Below, piece by piece: positions 55,638 through 59,854 of a stretch of DNA of 59,854 bases. The stretch's first letter is position 1. Each line of letters opens with the position of its first letter. Source of the DNA: a virus (Duplodnaviria; Caudoviricetes). The stretch is from positions 1 through 59,854 of IMG/VR virus record IMGVR_UViG_3300005512_000033. One strand, written 5' to 3'. Under the pieces are notes generated by a model. That model saw only the letters and a program-made list of their open reading frames with translations. It was not told the origin of the DNA and did no database searches. A program made the position numbers and the translations under genes.

Positions 55638-56273
55638 TTACTTAACCGGTATCCTTTCTTGCCCACTTCTGTAAGCATCTCGTCTGTTTTTACCTTCACC
55701 TAAGTTTTGAAGAAGTCCCATAGCTTCGTTATATTTTTGAGCATATACTGTAAGTACATCGCCCTCTTCTTTCATAAACGCAGCTGCTTCCAACAATGCT
55801 CCATAGAATAAAGCACTATCAAAGTTATCACCCAACCAAGTGTTGCCAGCTGTAACAATAGACTCAGGATAATAATAGTAATGAAGCTCAGAATTGTAAT
55901 TAGCGTCCGGAGTAGGTCCGAGCAACATTGTTGTATCACTAAAAATTGCATAATACTGTGGTGCTCCATGAAAAGGTGAATCAGTATCAGGGAAAGATTC
56001 TCTAATAAAGTTTACGTCTTTATTTATTAAATATGTATATTCATTATTAGCGTTAATCACAGCAATACTAAACGTAGACAACCAATCACTAGGTAAAGTA
56101 AAATATTTATTACCGCTTGTCATATTACCTGTAACATTTTTACGTAAGTCAGGCAATTGAACTGAATTATATATGCGTTGTTCAGCCTGTTGTATAAATG
56201 TATTTATGTCTGTAGTGCTATACTGGTTTTCAGTATAAGACTGTATTGCTGCTACTAATTCTGCGTAAGTCAT
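55638..56273 (-). CDS. Head-tail adaptor/tail tubular A-like protein
   Basis: MTY.EL..AI..Y.EN, FI..AE.RI, G.P.YYA, PTPD..Y, L.YG.L.EA. Confidence 0.75.
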   Translation of the reverse strand: MTYAELVAAIQSYTENQYSTTDINTFIQQAEQRIYNSVQLPDLRKNVTGNMTSGNKYFTLPSDWLSTFSIAVINANNEYTYLINKDVNFIRESFPDTDSPFHGAPQYYAIFSDTTMLLGPTPDANYNSELHYYYYPESIVTAGNTWLGDNFDSALFYGALLEAAAFMKEEGDVLTVYAQKYNEAMGLLQNLGEGKNRRDAYRSGQERIPVK

Positions 56274-56282
56274 TCTTTATCC

Positions 56283-56450
56283 TTATGCCATTGGGCCGCG
56301 TGCTTTTGTACCTTTGGTCGCTGCACCATTACCTCGTGTTACTACACCTTCAGTCTTAACGTCCTTTTCAGGGTAGCCAGCTGTGTTTGGTGTTGCTACC
56401 ATTTCTGGTTGCTTGTAAGTGTGGTTACAGCCTTTTCTATCTTTGTTCAT
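56283..56450 (-). CDS. Small virion-module protein (RG.GAATKG motif)
   Basis: Manual 55 aa ORF ending TRGNGAATKGTKARGPMA, AGGAG RBS. Confidence 0.75.
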   Translation of the reverse strand: MNKDRKGCNHTYKQPEMVATPNTAGYPEKDVKTEGVVTRGNGAATKGTKARGPMA

Positions 56451-56459
56451 ATTATACTC

Positions 56460-56813
56460 CTAAGTTGTTGTTACAGTAACCGTGCCAACCTGTCCGGTAC
56501 CTTCTAAATCATCTTCTATGTCTGGTAAATTTAATGCGTTATTAAACCCTACCGGGTTCCAGCCATACTGATAATCTCTTTGTTGCTCCAAGTTTCTGTC
56601 AGGTCTTGGGTCTCGTACTGCCTGTGGATCGTCCACTGGGTACATGCCTTGCATGTTCTGTGGGTGGTCTGGTTCCCAACATGTTTTGCAGACTTTAATA
56701 TTTGTTTGTGTAGTTTTTATAAATAAGTCTTTTAGTTCTTTTAACTTATACTGAAAACCACATCGATCACATTCTGCTATGGCATGTTTACCTGACGTAT
56801 ATTTCCGTCCCAT
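56460..56813 (-). CDS. Zn-binding conserved protein
   Basis: SGK.A.A.CDRCGF.Y, C..CW..DHPQ, DPQA.R.PRPD. Confidence 0.8.
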   Translation of the reverse strand: MGRKYTSGKHAIAECDRCGFQYKLKELKDLFIKTTQTNIKVCKTCWEPDHPQNMQGMYPVDDPQAVRDPRPDRNLEQQRDYQYGWNPVGFNNALNLPDIEDDLEGTGQVGTVTVTTT

Positions 56814-56938
56814 TATCTAACCACCTGTGTTCTCTTTCCTTTTAATGAAAGTTTTAATACTTTCAACCACAGCTTCATATACTTTTTATTTTTATGTTTT
56901 ATAGCGGCTAAATATAGCTTTTTAATTAGCTTTTTCAT
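56813..56938 (-). CDS. Small Lys-rich peptide
   Basis: Manual 41 aa ORF MKKLIKKLYLAAIKHKNKKYMKLWLKVLKLSLKGKRTQVVR, GGAGG RBS, TAATG coupling. Confidence 0.55.
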   Translation of the reverse strand: MKKLIKKLYLAAIKHKNKKYMKLWLKVLKLSLKGKRTQVVR

Positions 56939-56946
56939 AACGCCTC

Positions 56947-57627
56947 CTACAAATATTGCCGACGAGGTGCTAATCTTAAATCGGCTTTTTCTCTATCCTC
57001 TGTTGAAGCTAACAACCACTGTTCTTCATATTCTTGTTTCAACATGACTGTTCTTGCTTCAGCACCCGGTAACTTCATACTTAAATAAAATGCTAACCCT
57101 GCTACTAGACAAGGTAGAAATCTAAAAGGTATATCTTGTGTATTTACACCGTTACCTGCATCTTCAATTCTTTTTAGTCTCCAGTATACAAACGTATAAT
57201 TATCTGTATCAGGAGCAGGCCATACATTAATCTGTGGTTGACTTGCTTGTCTATTTATCCACACTTGGATTGGTCGGCCTGTTGAGTTTTTATTTGGTAT
57301 TGTACCCCATGTAGTGGCAGAAATTCTAGTAATATTAATATCTTGTTGATTCTGTCCGGTACCTGTTCTAACGACTTGTTCAATTAAGTCAATGGTGTCC
57401 ACTGGAAGATTATAGTTGTTCGTACCAGAGGTTAAAGAGACAGAGCCTTCTTCAATAGTCCATAAATTAATACCACGATTAGCCCATTCTGCAGTAAGCA
57501 AGTTTAAGCTACGTCGTGCTGTTCTTAAATCATACCCAGTACGTAACTCTTTTCCGCATCGTTCAAATGCTTCTTCGACTAAATTATTTAAGTCTAAATT
57601 AAATGTTGCTGTTCCTGAAGTTGCCAT
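56947..57627 (-). CDS. Head-tail connector/adaptor protein
   Basis: MATSGT..F.LD....EEA.ER.G, ARRSLNL...EWANRG.NLWT, P.RF.PC...GLA.Y. Confidence 0.75.
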   Translation of the reverse strand: MATSGTATFNLDLNNLVEEAFERCGKELRTGYDLRTARRSLNLLTAEWANRGINLWTIEEGSVSLTSGTNNYNLPVDTIDLIEQVVRTGTGQNQQDINITRISATTWGTIPNKNSTGRPIQVWINRQASQPQINVWPAPDTDNYTFVYWRLKRIEDAGNGVNTQDIPFRFLPCLVAGLAFYLSMKLPGAEARTVMLKQEYEEQWLLASTEDREKADLRLAPRRQYL

Positions 57628-57920
57628 TATGCTTTCTTCCTAGTTGTCTTTTTTCTTTTTAATGATGCTACTCTTCTTGGTTTACCTGCCGGTTGACCTA
57701 GTTTTTTCTTTTGAGCTATACGAGATCTTTTCTCAGTTGCTGTCATTTCTCCTGATGTTTTAGGAGTTTTGCTTGATACTCGTTTGCTAGGTCTGCAATA
57801 AGGAGTACCGCGTTTTTCGCCTTCTTGTCTGCCACATGCTTTACCGGTTCTTACGTCTTTCCAGTCTTCTTTAAACCAGCGTTTTAATGCGGCGCCTTTA
57901 GCTGTCTTTCTGACTGCCAT
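57627..57920 (-). CDS. Small basic protein (L.RWF.E.W...CG...YCRP)
   Basis: 97 aa, K/R-rich, TAATG couplings. Confidence 0.75.
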   Translation of the reverse strand: MAVRKTAKGAALKRWFKEDWKDVRTGKACGRQEGEKRGTPYCRPSKRVSSKTPKTSGEMTATEKRSRIAQKKKLGQPAGKPRRVASLKRKKTTRKKA

Positions 57921-58084
57921 TATTTACCTTTATTCTTCCTGCACTTAGCAATAGCGCCTGATGCGTACGCGCTAGGGAAAACTTTGTATTGAGCTTTTAC
58001 TTTTCTGTAACAAGCATCTTTAACCGAGCCACCTTTTTTCATAGCAACTGGTTTCATTGCTTTCCCCATGCCACGACATTTCAT
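57920..58084 (-). CDS. Small basic protein (PSAYASG motif)
   Basis: Manual 54 aa ORF MKCRGMGKAMKPVAMKKGGSVKDACYRKVKAQYKVFPSAYASGAIAKCRKNKGK, coupled at both ends. Confidence 0.7.
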   Translation of the reverse strand: MKCRGMGKAMKPVAMKKGGSVKDACYRKVKAQYKVFPSAYASGAIAKCRKNKGK

Positions 58085-58461
58085 CATACCATGCGACCTT
58101 TTGTTTTACCGCGCACTGCGCAACCGTCACGTTTAACCATACCACCAGATTTCATTTTCTTTTTCTTGTGATCTGAATCTTTCATCATGGTGCCGTCAGG
58201 CATCATATGCATACCCTTTTTAACTTTACCGCCTTTTTTCATGTAGCCCATTTTGTTGCGTACTTCTTCAGGTAACTTTTTAAGACCTGGTTTATCTTTT
58301 GGTACAGGTTTTTTATCAGACTCTTTAAAATTTTTAGGTGGCTTTTGATCCATCTCTGTCTCACCAAAAGTTTTTTTGTCTGCTTCTGACATACCACCTT
58401 CTCTCATTTTTTTGACTTTACCACCATAAGCCATTTTTCTTTTTGATCCACATCCAGCCAT
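58084..58461 (-). CDS. Lys/Met/Gly-rich protein with MxxGG repeats
   Basis: Four MxxGG motifs, H.MPDG..M, C-terminal DGCA.RGKTKG. Confidence 0.8.
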   Translation of the reverse strand: MAGCGSKRKMAYGGKVKKMREGGMSEADKKTFGETEMDQKPPKNFKESDKKPVPKDKPGLKKLPEEVRNKMGYMKKGGKVKKGMHMMPDGTMMKDSDHKKKKMKSGGMVKRDGCAVRGKTKGRMV

Positions 58462-58465
58462 TTTA

Positions 58466-58666
58466 TTACTCCTTGTCTTTTTTTATCCATGCTTGAACAG
58501 TTTTAGTTTCGTAAATCCGAATTCCCGTCCAAACGATTGTAAATAATGCCGCTATCGCCGGTAACCAAGCTAGGACTGAACCTACTGCTGTGAATACCGA
58601 TGCTGCGTCTACTGCGTGTTTTGTTGATTCATCCATATGATTCATTACCTTTGTTAACATTTCCAT
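58466..58666 (-). CDS. Small membrane protein (holin-like)
   Basis: Two hydrophobic helices, LP.IAALFTI.W..IRIYET.TV. Confidence 0.7.
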   Translation of the reverse strand: MEMLTKVMNHMDESTKHAVDAASVFTAVGSVLAWLPAIAALFTIVWTGIRIYETKTVQAWIKKDKE

Positions 58667-58962
58667 CTCCGCCTTGCTTGACGTAGTCTTGAGTTAGGAT
58701 CTTTAGCTGCTTTTGGAAAATCTTTCATCTGCCCTGCTGATCTAGCACAGAATGACTTACGTCTCTTAGCATCTTTAGAACCTTTCTTGACTTTACCCGT
58801 TACTGCTGTTTTTAATTTAGAACCTGGGTTGGCTTTGCGATAGGCTTTGACACCTTTCTTAGTCATGCCCGCACCCTGCTTAGTCGGACGAAAGTTGCCC
58901 GACTTTACAGAAGTTTTGATTCCCATTCCTTTTTTCTTAGTTGTCTTCTTTTTCTCTGCCAT
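58654..58962 (-). CDS. Small basic protein (RRKSFCAR...DPNSR...RWKC)
   Basis: K/R-rich conserved motif. Start at MAEKKK. Confidence 0.75.
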   Translation of the reverse strand: MAEKKKTTKKKGMGIKTSVKSGNFRPTKQGAGMTKKGVKAYRKANPGSKLKTAVTGKVKKGSKDAKRRKSFCARSAGQMKDFPKAAKDPNSRLRQARRRWKC

Positions 58963-59090
58963 CAGATACAATCTCCGAGTGCTTCGAGCCATCTCCAAGT
59001 TTCTCGAGTTCTTTTATTCTCGCTCGGTACTTTCTCTGCGAGTTTAGAATCTTCATTTTTTGGTTCAGGTTCTTTATCCATTTTAACATT

Positions 59091-59372
59091 TTAGCTATGA
59101 AAAACCGTTACTGCTGTAACATTAGTTAGCGTGCAGTAAATTTGGTTAGAAAATAAAATGCCTTGGTCAGGAATAATAACATCTGATTGACCTACCCCTG
59201 CTGGAGTTTTCAATTCTAATAATGTATCGCCTGACGCTCCGTCTTTAAACACAATAGAACCTGCTGAGGCTGAAGAAATATAACTCATACCTCTTAAACG
59301 AGCTCTATGATTAACAACGGTATCAGGAGAATCTGCTGCAACAAAGACTGATGCTTTTATATCAGATTGCAT
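59091..59372 (-). CDS. Small beta-rich virion-module protein
   Basis: 93 aa, IPD.GILF motif, GAGG RBS. Confidence 0.7.
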   Translation of the reverse strand: MQSDIKASVFVAADSPDTVVNHRARLRGMSYISSASAGSIVFKDGASGDTLLELKTPAGVGQSDVIIPDQGILFSNQIYCTLTNVTAVTVFHS

Positions 59373-59384
59373 ATTCTTCTCCTA

Positions 59385-59609
59385 TTAGCCAGCTGAAACT
59401 GTTAATACACCTGAGTTATTCCATAGTTGTCCTGCAACTGATGGGTCTGATGTTGGAAGGCTAGAAATAACTACTGTTGTACCATTAATAGTTAGTGCGC
59501 CTGTAGTTGTAAGAGTTGTTGCTGAAACTGCTGCAGGGGTATTTCCGCCTACTGCACCATCAAAGCCGTTTGTAGATACGACTGGACCTGAAAAGGTTGT
59601 TGTTGCCAT
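59385..59609 (-). CDS. Head fibre/decoration-like protein
   Basis: MATTTFSGPV.S..GF start, LPTSDP.VAGQLWN.SG.L.VS end, GGAG RBS. Confidence 0.75.
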   Translation of the reverse strand: MATTTFSGPVVSTNGFDGAVGGNTPAAVSATTLTTTGALTINGTTVVISSLPTSDPSVAGQLWNNSGVLTVSAG

Positions 59610-59619
59610 TTGAATTTCT

Positions 59620-59690
59620 CCATACAAAGTTAAGCTTATCCGTCGTGTATGCGTCTGCTGGGGCAGTCTGATAAGCTGGATGTTCCCAGA
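59620..59690 (-). ncRNA. Structured RNA element (possibly the Mu-gpT-DE motif)
   Basis: Complementary pairs AGCTTATC/GATAAGCT, CTGGG/CCCAG and CATACA/TGTATG interleave as a pseudoknot. Family name is from memory and unverified. Confidence 0.55.
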
Positions 59691-59697
59691 TAATTAA

Positions 59698-59726
59698 ATC
59701 ATACGCTATTTATAGCTATTATACAA
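59698..59726 (-). promoter_or_regulatory. Sigma70-like promoter
   Basis: TTGTAT-N17-TATGAT immediately after the terminator. Confidence 0.5.
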
Positions 59727-59750
59727 CAAAAAAGGGGCTTTATAGCCCCT
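59727..59750 (-). terminator. Intrinsic terminator after pqqA
   Basis: AGGGGCT-ATAA-AGCCCCT followed by TTTTTG. Confidence 0.85.
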
Positions 59751-59773
59751 CGTTCGCGAACCTGATTTAAAAA

Positions 59774-59845
59774 TTACTTGTTACATACGTACATTGTTAC
59801 TTCAAAACCAAATCTCATTTCTGTTGCTGATGGTGTTGTCCACAT
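59774..59845 (-). CDS. pqqA: Pyrroloquinoline quinone precursor peptide
   Basis: Manual translation MWTTPSATEMRFGFEVTMYVCNK (23 aa), matching the MW..P...(D/E).R.GFEVT.Y PqqA signature with the ExxxY core. Confidence 0.95.
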   Translation of the reverse strand: MWTTPSATEMRFGFEVTMYVCNK

Positions 59846-59854
59846 AATGTTTCT

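Noticed and set aside
58940-59089. Small ORF between genes 59091 and 58962
   Set aside because: Two competing minus-strand frames (starts 59089 and 59081) are both plausible and cannot be resolved without homologues.
1-59854. Stop-codon reassignment, tRNA genes, integrase, DGR or intron
   Set aside because: Core genes are uninterrupted under the standard code and all three stop codons are used. No cloverleaf, recombinase or reverse-transcriptase motifs were seen by eye; a tRNAscan/HMM run would be needed to exclude them fully.

Overview
AT-rich, gene-dense, probably near-complete (~60 kb) genome of a tailed dsDNA phage with podovirus-like architecture: tail tubular/adaptor genes and large ejection proteins, with no tape measure, integrase or tRNA recognised. 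The window is opened inside the major capsid gene. Minus strand 1-7.5 kb is the head/packaging module (Mu gpT-like capsid fragment, scaffold, GroES, portal, TerL, TerS). The 8.5-12.4 kb stretch is a regulatory hub. Plus strand 9-31.8 kb holds early and replication genes (DUF3150-like/AAA+/vWA-peptidase triad, PolA, Cas4-like exonuclease, SNF2 helicase, primase-helicase, HNH nucleases). Minus strand 31.8-59.9 kb holds ejection, tail, lysis and small basic virion genes plus three Fe/2OG hydroxylases. Main observations missed by the ORF track: (1) a ~100-nt minus-strand sRNA (8608-8706) with its own promoter, stem-loop and terminator, carrying a seed antisense to a ribosome-binding leader shared by four early genes; (2) a 23-aa pqqA PQQ precursor gene at the far end, suggesting a Methylophilaceae-type methylotroph host; (3) seven copies of a 16-bp palindrome seen only in the early region; (4) an iteron-like TGTTCCA array; (5) a pseudoknot-capable RNA element at the start of the late operon; (6) a hydrophobic-x-x-GG-x-hydrophobic motif shared by internal virion proteins. 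All family assignments come from motif recognition by eye; no searches were run.
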